The notes: a model not told the origin generated them from the sequence alone. Counted from the stretch's first letter, positions 24,352 to 38,260 are shown. The stretch is 64,000 bases of DNA from Chiloscyllium plagiosum (GCF_004010195.1 NC_057718.1:48920290-48984289), one strand, 5' to 3'. Translations and numbers: made by a program.

Positions 24352-25082
24352 CTGTAGTAAGAGAAGGATAATGTTAGTGAATGGCCATTGAGAAAAGTAA
24401 GTTATATATATATATGCTGAGAAGCATTCATGATTTTGCAAGGGGTAAAATGTGGGAAAAGAACTTTGGTGTGTGGTATGAAAATAGAAAAGGAAGACGT
24501 AATCATGTTTGGAATGAGACAGTAAGGTGATGTAATGCTGTAATGATTGTATCGTGAAGGATATTAGGATGGGAAAGAATTGCTCAGAGAAATGGGTAAG
24601 AGAGTGAATGCATTATTTCAAGGCATTGAAGAGAGATATGAAAGGATAAACAACTGGACTCATCCCTGCTGTACTTGTGAAATGATTGAACCTCTCTCAG
24701 CATTGAAGTCAAATCCTGGGATGGTGCTCATTGCACTCACCCTGTGGCTCGTTTCTGTCCCTGCCTGTCGAATAATTGTTCTGTATGGTTTTGGATGGGT
24801 ATATTGTATCTGTATTCTTTCCCTAATATCCTCCACCAGGACATACAGGGAAACAATAGATTCCTTGGAGTAACCCTTTGACGTATCACACAGGTTCCTC
24901 TTCTCACAGCAGCCTGACAACTAAAGTTTGAAGCATTGCGGCTGAGCCTGTTGGAAATTCGGGACAGGCAGCCTGTAACCCAACAATTCATACTAAAATG
25001 AAGTTGGGAACTAGTACTACTGGGCCATACACTCATTATTCCAGGAGTTGAGGGATTTCTATTTTTCCATTTGATCCTCTCC

Positions 25083-25372
25083 TAGAATCCCTACAAGTGT
25101 GGAAGCAAGCCATTCAGACCATTGAGTCCACAGTGACCGTCTGAAGAGCATCCCACTCAGATCCACCCCATCGCTGTAACTCTGTATTTACCATGACTGA
25201 TTCACTATGGCTAATCCAATGAACCTGCATATCTTTGGACTGTGGGAGGAAACCGGAATCAACCAGAGGAAACTTACATACATATGGGGAGAATGTGCAA
25301 ATTCCATACAGATATTCGCCCAAGGGTGGAATTGAACCTGGATCCCTGGTGCTGTGAATGCCATCCCCGATC
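25083..25372 (-). mobile_element. HE1-type SINE, diverged
   Basis: catatctttggactgtgggaggaaacc and ggaattgaacctgg motifs shared with 4914-5229. Confidence 0.85.
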
Positions 25373-25701
25373 GTTGCATTTCGTTTGAATGCATAGATGC
25401 TGAATGGAACAAATGTGGTTTGGCAGGAAGTGAATGAAGATAAAGTCAGGTAAATTGCAGGTCACTTCCATACCACCTCACAATATCCAATGTGGCAACC
25501 ATGTCCTTCAATCAGTTCAGTTTATAAGTGATATAATGTGATATTATCCCATTGGAGAGTGATTTTACCTGATGTGGCTAAGCTGATGTTATCTCTCGTA
25601 ACGTAAGGAACTGGGCATGAATATCATCATATTGAGTATCAGATTTTTACAGCTAACTATTATACACGAAGATTAGGTCATAATTGAGCATCATACTTCC
25701 A

Positions 25702-26344
25702 GTACAAAGTTAAAAATCACACAACACCAGGTTATAGTCCAACAGGTTTAATTGGAAGCATTAGCTTTCGGAGTACTGCTCCTTCATCAGGTGATTGTGG
25801 AGTACACAACTGTAAGACACAGAATTTATAGCAAAAGTTTACAGTGTCATGTAACTGAAATTATACATTGAAAAATATCTTGATTGTTTGTTAAGCCTGT
25901 CATCTGCTAAGAATGACCACGTTAGTTTCACTTCTTTCAAATGTAAATCACAAACTCTTTTTTAAAAGTTACATTCTCAGGTTAACTTTAACAATTGGTG
26001 TCAGCCCAGATAATGTGTTGAAGGTGTTAGCTCTCTGTCTGCTGCTGTCTGTGCCATAATGTTTAGCCTGATTCTAATCTAAAAAATGAATTAACAGAAT
26101 TTTAATGGATTCATGCAGTTTTTGAGCAAAGTGCAATGTGACTCTGCAAGTACAAATTCACCCTACAAACGTATATGTGTATGTGTGCGTGTGTGTGCGC
26201 ATGTTTGTTTGTGTGTGTGTGGGTTCGGAGCTCGTGAATGTCTGTGATAGAGAGTGTATATGTGTGAGTGGAAAAGGGTCTAAGTCTGTGAGAGGGTGCA
26301 TGTGTGAGTGTGAGAGTGTGTGTGTCTGTAGGTGTATGTGTGAA

Positions 26345-26375
<31 letters not shown>

Positions 26376-28962
26376 CTGTCTGTGTGTGTGTAGTGCAATG
26401 GGGTCACCTGTAGTGTGACATGAACCCAAGGTCCTGGTTGAGGCCCTCCCTATGGTTACCGAACTTAACTATCAGCCTCCGCTCAGCCACTTTTCGTGGC
26501 TGCCTGTCCCGAAGTCCGCCTTGGAGGATGGTCATCCGCAGGTCCAAGGTCAAATGTCCTGGACTGCTGAAGTGTTCTGCAACTGGGAGGGAACACTCTT
26601 GTCTGTTGATTGTTGTGCAGTGCCCATTCATCCGTTGCCATAGCCTCTGCTCGGTTTCCCCAATGTACCATGCCTCAGGACATCCTTGCCTGCAGCATAT
26701 GAGATAGACAACATTGGCTGAGTTCCATGAGTACCTGCCACATACATGGTGGGAGGTGTCCCCACGTGTAATGGTTGTATCTGTGTTCACTCTCTGACAC
26801 GTCTTGCAGTGCCTACCGTGTCACAGTTATATGGAGTTGTCCTGAAAGCCGGGCAGTTTGCTACAAACAATGATCTGTTTGAGATTTGATGGTTGTTTAA
26901 AGGCGAGCAGTAGAGGTGTGGGGAAGGTCTTGGTGAGGTGCTCATACTCATTGATAATGTGTTGCAGGTCACGAAGAACATGGCGTAGCTTTTCAGCTCC
27001 AGGGAAGTACTGGACAATGAAGGGTACAGCATGTATCTGTCTCCTGAAGAGGTCATTACAGTTCCTTGCTGTGGCACGTCAGAACTGGCGGTTGATGAGT
27101 TGGGCATGAGGGCATCCCTGAGTATTTCCAGGTGCCCGTCACGTTCCTCCTCATCTGAAGAGATTCTGTGCATGCATAGGGCTTGTCCATAGGGGATGGC
27201 TGTTTTAATAATTTTTGGTTGGAAGCTGGAGAAGTGTAGCATTGTGAGGTTATCTGTGGTAGAGTATGGTGCTGAGGTGTCCATCCTTGATGGAGATGCA
27301 TGTGTCCAAGAATGAGACAGATGGTAGAGAGTAGTCCATGGTGAGTTTGATGGTGGGATGAAACTTGTTGATATCACTGTGTAGTTTTATCAGTCATCGC
27401 CATGGGTCCAGAGGAAGAAAATGTTGTCAATGTACCTGGTGTATAGTGTTGGTTGGATGTCCTGCATATCTGCAGGACAGCTCTCAAATTGTTCGAACCT
27501 GCGCATGAAGATATTGGTGTATTGGGGTGCAAATTTGGTCGCCATGGCGGTTCCATGTGTCTGGATGAAGAACTGGTTGTCAAAGGTAAAGATGTGATCG
27601 AGGGTAGAGGGGATGAGTTGTGGGACGGTATTCAAAGATTGGCAGTTATTGGTGTTGAGTACTGAGGCTGTTGACGCGATGCCATCATTGTGTGGATGCT
27701 GGTGTAGAGTGCTGAAATGTCCATTGTGATGAGGAATGTTCCCGGTTTGATTGGTCCATGGGTGTTGAGTTTCTGTAAGAAATCCGTAGTGTCGCGACAG
27801 AAGCTGGAGGTCCCCTGTACAATGAGTTTCAGGATGCCTTTGAAATAGCCAGAGAGGTTCTCACACAGCGTCCCATTGCCTGATACAATGGGACATCTTG
27901 GTGTATTGGCTTATTTATCTTTGGAAGGCAGTAGAAGTCACCTACGCGAGAAGTACGTGGGATGAGGGTGTGTGGGGAACTCTGAAGGACTCGATCCAAA
28001 GTCCTGATCAGTGTGTTTAGTTCACGGGTGTGCTGTTTGGTCAGATCAGCCAGTAGTTGCCTGTAGTGTTCCTGGTTGTTCAATTGTTGGTACACTTCCC
28101 TTCAGTAATCTGTTCTATTCTGAATGACGATGGCTCCTCCTTTATCTGCTGAGTTGATGACAGTGTTGTGATTGGTTTTGAGAGCATGGATGGCGTTGTG
28201 TTGTGAATGAATGATGTTTTTCTCTACATTGTGGGTACGGCTGATAAATCTGGCATTTATATATTTCCTATGGTCTGAGCATACAGCGGCCCTCCAGTGA
28301 GGTCCAAGTTGACTCCTTCTTTGGTTGCTTCTCTGCAGACCCCTGTGATGACTGTTCCGGTTTGTCAGTGGGTTCGTTGGGATCATGCTGGCACCTTGAA
28401 AGAATTCCCAGAGTCTCATTCATCTGATGAATTCCTCAGTGTCTGCTGCAAGAACCAAGTGGTCCATTTTGGTGGTGGGGCAGAAATTGAGACCCCTGCT
28501 CGGGACTTCAATCTCTTCCGATCGAAGGGTGTGGTTCAGTAAGTTGACAATTGACTTCCCTGCAGTGATAATGTTATCTACTGTGGTGCCAGGGTGCACT
28601 TCGCTACTACTGGTGAAAATACCAAGTTTCTGCAGTTTTTTGTTCTTGGTGTGCATGTCCATGGTTTAGTTTTGTCGCCTTTGGTTTAGCAATGTTGTGT
28701 AATCGTACTGTTGTTTCCTGAGCGCAGGCTGAGAGTGTGGACTCCATCTGAATTTCAAGGTTGTGACATCAACTGTAGCTTTAGTGCATGAGATGATTGA
28801 AGAGTTTGCGAGAGGTGCAGTGGCAAAGTCTCTCTGTGTAGTCTGTGTTGTAGGTCACTTGAGCAGGTTTGTGATCCATAATCCTTTTGGGATCTTTCCT
28901 GCTTGCCTGCATTTCTGTAGAAACTTGATGTCTGTGTCGATATGTACGATCTACTTGGAGAT
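25702..28962 (-). mobile_element. Penelope-like element, near full length, decayed
   Basis: SIVNLLNHTL..RGLNFCPT, SADKGGAIVI, GDFYCLPKI, QTHGTAMATKFAP..YTRYIDN (RT) and NVVYLICC..WYIGETEQRL..R (GIY-YIG). Internal (TG)n at 26170-26392. Confidence 0.92.
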
Positions 28963-29128
28963 CAACTCATCAACTCAACATCATCAACTCAAAATCAACT
29001 CAACTCATCAACCGCCAGTTCTGATCTGTAATCAGAAAGGAACTGTAATGACCCCCTCAGGACATCCTGGTGTATTGGCTTGACATGCTGCAACTGTCAG
29101 GGTACTCTTTGTTGTCCAGTACTTCCCA

Positions 29129-30647
29129 GGACAAGCCCTACGTGTGCACCGGATCTGTTCTGATGAGGAGGAACGGGACGGGCACCTGGAAGTACTCAGG
29201 GATGCCCTCATAAGAACAGAGTACGATGCCCAACTCATCAAACGCCAGTTCCGACGTGCCACAGCAAGGAACCGTAATGACCTCCTCAGGAGACAGACAC
29301 GTGCTGTAACCGACAGGGTACCCTTCATTGTCCAGTACTTCCCAGGAGCTAAAAAACTATGTCATGTTCTTCATGACCTGCAACACATTATCAATGAGGA
29401 TGAGCACCTCACCAAGACCTTCCCCACACCTCCACTGCTCGCCTTTAAACAACCATCAAATCTGAAACAGATCATTGTTCATAGCAAACTGCCCGGCTTT
29501 CAGGACAACTCCATATAACTGTGTCACATAGATACAACCATTACGCGTGGGGACACCACCCACCATGTATGTGGCAGGTACTCCTGGAACTCAGCCAATG
29601 TTGTCTATCTCATACGCTGCAGGTAAGGATGTCCTGAGGCACGGTATATTGGTGAAACCAAGCAGAGGCTATGACAACAGATGAAGGGGCACCACACAAC
29701 AATCAACAGACAGGAGTGTTCCCTCCCAGTTGCAGAACACTTCAGCGGTCCAGGACGTTCGACCTTGGACCTTCGGGTGATTATTCTCCAAGGCGGACTT
29801 CGGGTCAGGCAGCAGCAAAAAGTGGCCGAGCAGAGGCTGATAGCTAGGTTCGGTACCCATAGGGAGGGCCTCAACCAGAACCTTGGGTTCATGTCACACT
29901 ACAGGTGACCCCATTGCACTATACACACACACACAGACAGACACTCACACGCGAACACACAGGTACTTCTATACACAGACACACACATAGAAGCTAACAC
30001 ACACTCCCACAGACACACACACTCCCACACTCATACATGCACCCTCTCATAAACTTAGACCTCTTTACACTCACACACAAACATACACACTCTCTGTCAC
30101 AGACACTCACATGCCCCCATCCCCACACACTCAAACACACGCATGCGCACATACACATATACATTTGTGGAGTGAATTTATACTTGCAGAGTTACATCGC
30201 ACTTTGCTCAAAAACTGCATGAATCCATTCTGTTAGTTCATTTTTTTTAGATTAGAATCAGTCTAAACATTATGGCACAGACAGCAGCAGACAGGGGCTA
30301 ACACCTTCAATACATTATCTGGGCTGACACCAATTGTTAAAGTTAACCAGAGAATGTAACTTTTAAAAAAGGTTTTGTGATTTACATTTGAAAGAAGTGA
30401 AACTAACGTGGTCATTCTTAACAGATGACAGGCTTAACAAACAATCAAGGTATTTTTCAATGTATAATTTCAGTTACATCATACTGAAAACTTTTGCTAT
30501 AAATTCTGTGTCTTATAATTGTGTACTCCACAACCACTTGTTGAAGGAGCAGCGCTCTGAAAGCTAGTGCTTCCAATTAAACCTGTTTGATTATAACCTG
30601 ATTTCTAACTTTGTACACCCCAGTCCAACACCAGCATCTCCAAATCA
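29129..30647 (+). mobile_element. Inverted second copy of the same Penelope 3' portion
   Basis: Colinear reverse complement of 25702-27187 (HRICSDEEERDGHL, GIY-YIG, (CA)n, terminal repeat). Confidence 0.92.
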
Positions 30648-33600
30648 CAGTAGCATTTTACATTTCAAGTGATCCAGGGTGATCCAAATTGGTGAGTGAG
30701 ACCTTTATGTCTTCAGGCTACATCATATGATACAATGATGATATGCTTAATATGTCTTTTAAATGTCCACTCAACAATGACTGTGAGGCATAAATCAAAA
30801 AGATACTACTGTGTGACTCTTGGCATTAGGGTAATCTTCTACCTCTACATTTAAAAAGGAGGGGTTCTGATTCATCGAGTGAACATGTAATGGTGAGTGG
30901 CAACCAGCTGAGGTTTTCCTTAACTTTGTTTGATTTGAAATCATGAGATCCACTTGTGGGAGTCCAGAATTAAGCCCACCACTGGCTTTCTATGTCTGCT
31001 GAGCCTATCTTGTTTTTTGGATACCCAGGCATAGTACTTGCTCAGTTGGAAACATTGGCTAAGGTACAAAATTAGGTGAGGGTCTTTCTTCAATAATCTG
31101 CAGGACAGCTCTCAAAGCATAGTCACCATTATGGAGCAGTAAGGAGGATTGTGTAACTTAAATTGAGTTTGGATTGCTCAAGTATTGTTCTCATTTGAAG
31201 TCTTGCTGATACTGATTGATTTATCTCAGATTAATTTTATCTGGAATTGACATCAGCATTATGAGCCCACAACTCATTATGTGATGGCAAGCTCTATTCT
31301 ATCTAGGGTGTTAATAAATCAGGTATATTTTCAGTAACTATCTAGCAGCTTTAATGACCACCTTTTGTTGGATCAGCATAATTTTGTGAGACGTCAGCAG
31401 ATTGGGTTTCTGGTGTCACAATCACAACACAACAACATGTGGTAATGAGCTTTTGGAAAATGAGAACAGACATTTGTTGCCTCCCCTAATTGTGTGCTGA
31501 TTTAATTTCATGAAAATAGTGCTTTACACCTTAACATCTCAAATGCATTTTTACCACAACAACACAGAAAGTCAGAAATTTGGCAATTTTGGACCTTCCA
31601 TTTGAGCTCATGTGTACCAGCAGTCAATCATGTTCAAGGTTAGGACATTCACTAACATGGACTGCAGGCTGCCAGTTTTCATCAGTTAAGATCATGGCTA
31701 ACTGTTGTCACCTTCCTTTATGTTCTACTTGCCTGTAGCAGCAGAATTAAGAATTAGACTTACAATATTTGTTACATTATTAAAAAATATAAAGAATAGC
31801 TGATACCGTGGTTGGTATTGAGCAATTCTCATCATGACTGTTGCCACATTGGAACCATTATTACTAATCAAACTGTGTTCCAGTAAAGCACAGGAAAATT
31901 TGGTTCAAATTCTATTCTTGGCTGACACTATCATACAGGCTTACCCCAGATGGCAAGCTCTTGATCTCAGCCAAGCTCTCAGGTGCAGCCCTGATCGGAG
32001 GCAATGTGTTCAACCAATAGAATGGAAGGACAGGCAGAGATCCTACTTTGATTCACACTTTTATATTTACTGCCAACTTGGATACTGAGCTGTCCTACAA
32101 TGCACATGCAGTGCATACAGATGCTATGTTCATACATGCATATGCAGGTACTGACTTTGTGACAGCAGCACCTAAGGATGTACATCCCTTGGTTATAAGA
32201 AACAGTCAGTAAATTCAGTCAAGTATTATGGTTACTCAAGTCAACTGTCTTACTGTTAAAAAAGCACTTGAGAAACAGCATGGAAAGGTATACAACAATA
32301 GGCCAGGGTTCTCATGAGACACACTTTAGAATTAAACTAGTGCAAAACAAAGCTCCATTTTCCCAGAATAGTATCATTGTAATACTACAACAGTGCACAG
32401 TGAACAAAACCTGGATAGGACAGTAATACGAAGGACAGGTTATAAGTCTTTTGGCAATTTTACTGAACTATTCAGACAGCCAGTTTAAATAAAAAGTGGA
32501 CAAAATGCATGGTAGAATGTGAAAGATATTAACGGATTAATGTGAAAGGTGAGGCAGGGGGAAGGTGGCAATGGGGTGAAAAGGTTAACATTATTCTGAA
32601 CAAAATGAAAATACAATTTAAAACTGTATACCTCTCAAGCTTTGCACTTCATCGAATTTAATCCTAAAGGAGGGGATACCACAGCCCTGAAACATAGTTT
32701 TCTTTTAGAATGATATTTATTTCTGGAGAATTACGATAAATGTTACTCAGTGGCAAGTGCCCCAATTGGCTCCAGTTTGAGTAATAGCAGCTAATGCATC
32801 AAAGTCCATTAGTAGCTGAAAAATAGTCTTATATGGCATGAAATTTATGTTCTGGCACAGGGAACATTTCAGGCAGGTTCAATGCAGACTTGGCCAAAGC
32901 AAGCCCTTTAAAAAACAAAAATGAAATGACCTTTCCTTTTCTGGTGCAACTGTGAAAAGGGATTAAAGTGAAACATAAAACTGTGGAAAATAGCTGCAAT
33001 GTGTCTGAGCAGGCAGTGAAGTGATGTGGTAAATTTACAGGATGGCTTTCTGTCGTACTCTAGAGAGGGCAAGCCCGCTTCTGATATTTAGTTAATCATT
33101 AAAATATCCGATTTTTTGGAGCGAGAAATCAGAAAGAAATTCTCCCAGAAACAGCCCTGACTTATCCTCAGCTCTCAGCCGAGATGTCACTCAGCTCAGT
33201 ATTTTTTTTAAATAGGTGGAATAAAGCAGTACTAGTTTGACTGAGATTTACATCTGACCAATGCATTATTCATAAAATCTATTTGCTGCTGCTCATGACG
33301 TTTCCCAAAAAAAGAGTTATGTGTGACCCAACTGGTGCCCATTTGCTTCAAGCATCATCTCACTTTGCAGTCAAACAATGAAAATGTCCATCAGTGCTGC
33401 TTATTAATAGGGTGGTCAGATGCCAGCATTTGTGGCAAAAAAGTCAACTGTCATTTCCAAACATTCCAGGCACAGGCAGTACACCTGAACAAGGCATGAG
33501 AAGCAAGTTTATGAATCGTGTATTGTTCATTGCTTAATGTTCAACTATGTGTGTCCGGTAACAGATCCATACTCTGAGCTTGATTGCTTAAGCCTGGGTG

Positions 33601-35400
33601 TGGAATCAGAGAAAAGAAAAAAAAATCACAGACATTGTGAGAAGCTAGAGTCAGGATCAGCAAAAATGCAGACATTTTGTGATTGCACAGCTTTTTAAAG
33701 CTCTTGTAAATAAACCTATTGGACATATAGAAACTAAAGCCCTCTCTGTATTGCTCTGAGATAAATCAACATATATAATATACAATAAATGGAACCTCGA
33801 AAATATTTTTACATCCCAATGAGCAGAATGCATGTTGATTCTAAGGGATGGAACATATTCAGTCATAGAGCTGGTTAACACATAAGTTAATAAAACTACT
33901 TCAGGCTGCTCACAAAAACTGTGGAGTGAAGTTTTTAAAATTTTGTTATGTCACAGACTTTTGTCACAGAATCTCCTCTTAGTCCACAAATATATTTCCA
34001 ACTGCTGCCAGCACCCCCATGTTGCTCTCCCACTCTTTAACCTGGAGAATGTGAGTCAGATTCATGGAAAAACTGCCAGATTGTCTGTCTCCGCCCCACC
34101 TCCTGGTCAACGATCTGCCTGTTATTTCAGATCAGGCAGTGAACTATCAATTCCATGCACATAAAGCATGGCAATTAATGTGGCTCAAGCCCCGTAACAC
34201 TGAACAGAAAGCACAAACCACGATCCAGCCAATTTAATTCTGTCATTTTTAACATTTTGCTTAACTCAAACTGAACTTTGCAGACAGTCTGTTGGTAAAA
34301 GTGGCAGCAGTTTTAGATTTCAACCAGATAGCCACTTCCTTCATGGTTTCTATTTGTCATTTCATTTTCACACATGCCCTAGCTTCATCAAAGTGCTGCC
34401 AGTCCCAAAGCACTTGAATTCGTTTGAAGATCTGTTCCATTAAGGAGAACAATGAGATCAGAATATCCATGCATCCCAGAATTACAATTTCCCATTCTGC
34501 ATAATAATATGGATGAGAAAGAGTGCAGCAGAGGCAGATGACTTTGAACATGAGAAGCCATGGGTGGTATATTATTTGCGTTAATTTACCCTTTGCTTTT
34601 TATGTATTGTCATAAGCAAATGTACCCATAGCTAATTGCGGCTCATCTTCCCAGGAGCAAGATTGGTGCAGGAGTCATTGTAAATGCCCCATCGATAGAC
34701 ATCTAGGGCTGCTCCCGTGCCAGACTTCTCTCCTGAACCTGCTGCAATGTTTCAATAAAACACAAAACAACATCTCATTTTCAGCTTAGGCACTTTAAAG
34801 CCACAAGGTCTCAAATTTGAATTCAATAACTTCAGAAACTGCATTATAACTGTTCTCCATTTTTCTTACATTCTCTCTGCCTCTCCATTCCCTCAGCCTT
34901 GTCTTGCTTGTAATGTTAAACATTGCACTTAATAGAGGCTCACTTCTCACTGCTTCATATCTAATCTTCAATCCTTATTTCTTTCTCTGCTATTAGCAAT
35001 CCTTTGTCTTTTGCATTGGCTCTGTCAACAAGTATTTAAAAATTACTGTTTCCAACTCCTTTCAGGAATGTAGAGTCATACTGAACCTGAAGTGTTGTTT
35101 CTGTTTCTCTCTCCATAGAGGCTGCCAGATGAGTTTCTCCAGCATTCTGTGTATTTATTATTGAAAACTTTATTGTGATTACCACATAAACAGAATCCCA
35201 AACATTTGCCGTCATACTTGGTTGTGATCTCAGACTGTGATGTGGTAAACAGGTTCACAAAAAGCTCGTTCAAAATCCCATTTCAGGAAAGTTTTAAAGA
35301 CTACCTCAAATACAGATGAATGCTCCAAATGATGGAGTTGAGTGGAAGGAGGCTGAAACTGGCTACACCAGGACCTCAGGTCAGGCCTATATTGAAGCAG

Positions 35401-35911
35401 CAGCCAAATTTTCACCATGACAGTTTTTTATTTCCATTGACATGGAAAACATTACCAAGACTTTTGACTTTAAAGCAGGTAAAGCAACACCAAGATGAGA
35501 AATAAAAAAGACAAACTGTGGATGCTGGAACTCTGCAACAAAAACAGAAATTGCAGAGAAATCGAGTACCATTTTGACTCCAATTTTGCCTCATCAAAAC
35601 TGGAAAAATAGGAGAGCCAGCAAGACTAGGAAGGCCAGCAAGACTAGGAAGGCCAGCAAGACTAGGATGGTCAGCAAGACTAGGAAGGCCAGCAAGACTA
35701 GGAAGGCCAGCAAGACTAGGATGGTCAGCAAGACTAGGATGGTCAGCAAGACTAGGATGGTCAGCAAGACTAGGAAGGCCAGCAAGACTAGGATGGTCAG
35801 CAAGACTAGGATGGTCAGCAAGACTAGGAAGTGCATATCCACAAAAAGGTTTGAACTACTATTTCATCAACTTCACTGGAAAGAATTTCAGGCATGGTGA
35901 AAAAATGTCTG
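35401..35911. mobile_element. Possible MITE enclosing the minisatellite
   Basis: Inverted repeat cagccaaattttcaccatg and catggtgaaaaaatgtctg (16/19 match). Confidence 0.4.
35616..35831. repeat. 18-bp minisatellite, 12 copies
   Basis: Unit gYcagcaagactaggaWg in perfect tandem, with two variant junctions (aaggcc and atggtc). Confidence 0.97.
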
Positions 35912-35996
35912 CCAATTCAGTCCAAACTCATTTCATGTAACTGAGGTGAACTTCACCTCCCAGTACTCAGAGTCAGGAGCTTGTCAGACCTGAAGC

Positions 35997-36270
35997 AGGC
36001 CCTCCTGTGGCACAGTGGTAGTGTCCCCACCCCTGGACTGAGAGACTTGCCTTCAAGTCAAACCTGCTCCAGAGGTGTGTAACAACATCTCTGAACAGGT
36101 TGATAAGATAAATGGGTTATTAGCTTTTTTTTAATTTGAAAAACACAAAGTGAGTGCTGTTGTGGTGCAGTAGTATTGTCCTTAATTCTAAGCTAGGAGG
36201 CCTGAGTTCATGTTCCACCTGCTCCAGAAATGTGCAATAACATCACTGGACATATTGGTTGATTAAAAAT
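35997..36270 (+). mobile_element. Two tandem tRNA-like SINE heads
   Basis: gtggcacagtggtagtgtcc..ttcaagt..acctgctccaga..aacatc, repeated in diverged form at about 36160-36270. Confidence 0.6.
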
Positions 36271-37927
36271 ATCTGAAAGCCCCTCTTCCAACTCATCATT
36301 GATTAAGCCCCATCTCCCTCTTCCCACCTCTCCCTTTGTTCTTAACAAGCTTTGCATGTAAATTAATCAAATCAGCACAAGGGATTTGCCAAGTGGTGGC
36401 TAGTAGATGAAAAACATACCCCAGATGATTTGTGGATGTGTAAGAATGCTCCTGGATATAAAAGTAAATGGAAGGCATGAAGACAGCGTAAGACTGAAGG
36501 AGGTTGCAGAAATCAGGTGGGACAAAGCTATGAATAGATTCATGAAGAGGCATTGAAGAAGAATTTAGAGCTCAAATAAATTGAACAGCAAAGAGCCAAT
36601 GTGGTTGTGAAGGACATAAATGATAGAATATGATGTGAGAGATGGAATCCTGGATAAAGTGCGGTCTGCACAAACAGGAGGCAAAAGATCAGCTTATGAG
36701 ACCTGGAGTGCAACCACACCATCAGTTATACATTACTATTATGGGCTGTAATTGCCTCCCACCTAGCCTGCTCCATCCTGAATCTCTTGACCATCACCTG
36801 GGCAGTCTGATCTCATCTCCCATCCAGGTTTGGCAAGTTATTTCTGGAGTTACATAAATGCTTATCCAAAAATTGCCAGTACAATAATTTGCTGTGGTCA
36901 GCCGTCAACACAATTATGTGCATACAATGTCTACTATATCAGGATTGTACCCAAATTTGGGCATGATTTAACATCTAGGGTTTTATGGACCGCTGTCACT
37001 GACAGGAGATGTATAACGCTTTTTCTAATTAATACTTCCAGAGATTAATTAATTAATAATGTTAATTAATCCTCATTTTCATTGTAACTATACATAACTT
37101 CGTGTTTCCAATAACTGAATTAGTGTTACATTTCTTTAATCTGTCATTTTATTCTTTGGTAGGTTCTTATCCCGTGAGGTCTCGAATATGCAGATGTTCT
37201 ATTTCACCAGATTCCTGATTTTCTTAAATAAAACTGTGAGACAATTTATGTTCAGCTCTTGCCTCAGAGTTTTGATCTGAGTAATGCCTTCTGGTATTGG
37301 CATGTCTCAGATCTTGTTAAATTTAATCATGTTATGGTCTCTGTTGCCCAGTAGTGATGCTAATTCGGCTCTCAATATGCCACATGGGTGACTTCCTAGT
37401 ATGTAGGTTAACTCCTGCAGCATTCTTTTTGCACTGAATCAGAAAATTGTCAGCACTGCAAGTTCTAGATCATTTGAATAGTTTCATTTTGCATTTGATT
37501 TGTTGAAATTTGAGATTAGAATGATATTTCTGCTTACCAGCAATTTCACTATCTCTGCACAGAGTAACTTCTCTTACTTATCATTTTAATGCATTAGAAG
37601 TGTCCTTCATCCCTCTATATTCCTTGAACTTCTCCAGTGGGATTATCTCATTAATCATAGGCATCAATGGGTCTAATCATTTTGCTTCCTTATCCATAAT
37701 TACAGATATTATTACAAATGAAAATAAACATGTTCTTTTGATGTTAGGGTTTGGTTTTGTGGTTTACATTATTTTATCTGGGTATACAAGGCGGGTCCTC
37801 TGAATATCTGATAGGCAAGAGATTGAAATCCCCAGCATCTTAGAAACATAACAACATCTTTAATCTTGATAAAGACAGTGACACATTGCAGAAGCTTTTA
37901 GCCTTACACTCCAAACTCAGGTCCCAG

Positions 37928-38260
37928 ATCATAGAATCCTTATAGTGTGGAAGGCGGCCATTGGGCCCATCAAGCACACACTGACCCTCTGAGGAGCATC
38001 TTATCCAGACCCACAACCATGCATTTCCCATGGTTAATCCATCAAGCCTACACATGCCTGGACACTATGAGCAATTTAGCATGGCCCATCATTTAACCAG
38101 CACATCTTTGGACTGTGGGAGAGAACCTGAGGACCCGGAAGAAACCCACACGGACTTGAGTAGAACATGCAACCTCCACAGAGACAGTCATCCTGTGCTG
38201 GAATTGAACCCAAGTCCTTAGCGCTGTGAGGCAGCAGTGCTGACCACTACACCACCATGC
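37928..38260 (-). mobile_element. HE1-type SINE
   Basis: Same core and gcgctgtgaggcagcagtgct head as 4914-5229. Confidence 0.88.

Noticed and set aside
26111..26413. His/Thr-rich and Cys/Val-rich ORFs
   Set aside because: Translations of the (CA/TG)n microsatellite inside the Penelope element.
35574..35900. CRISPR array or repeat-protein gene
   Set aside because: Units are directly adjacent with no spacers, there are no cas genes and the context is eukaryotic. An 18-bp unit without stops gives an ORF trivially.
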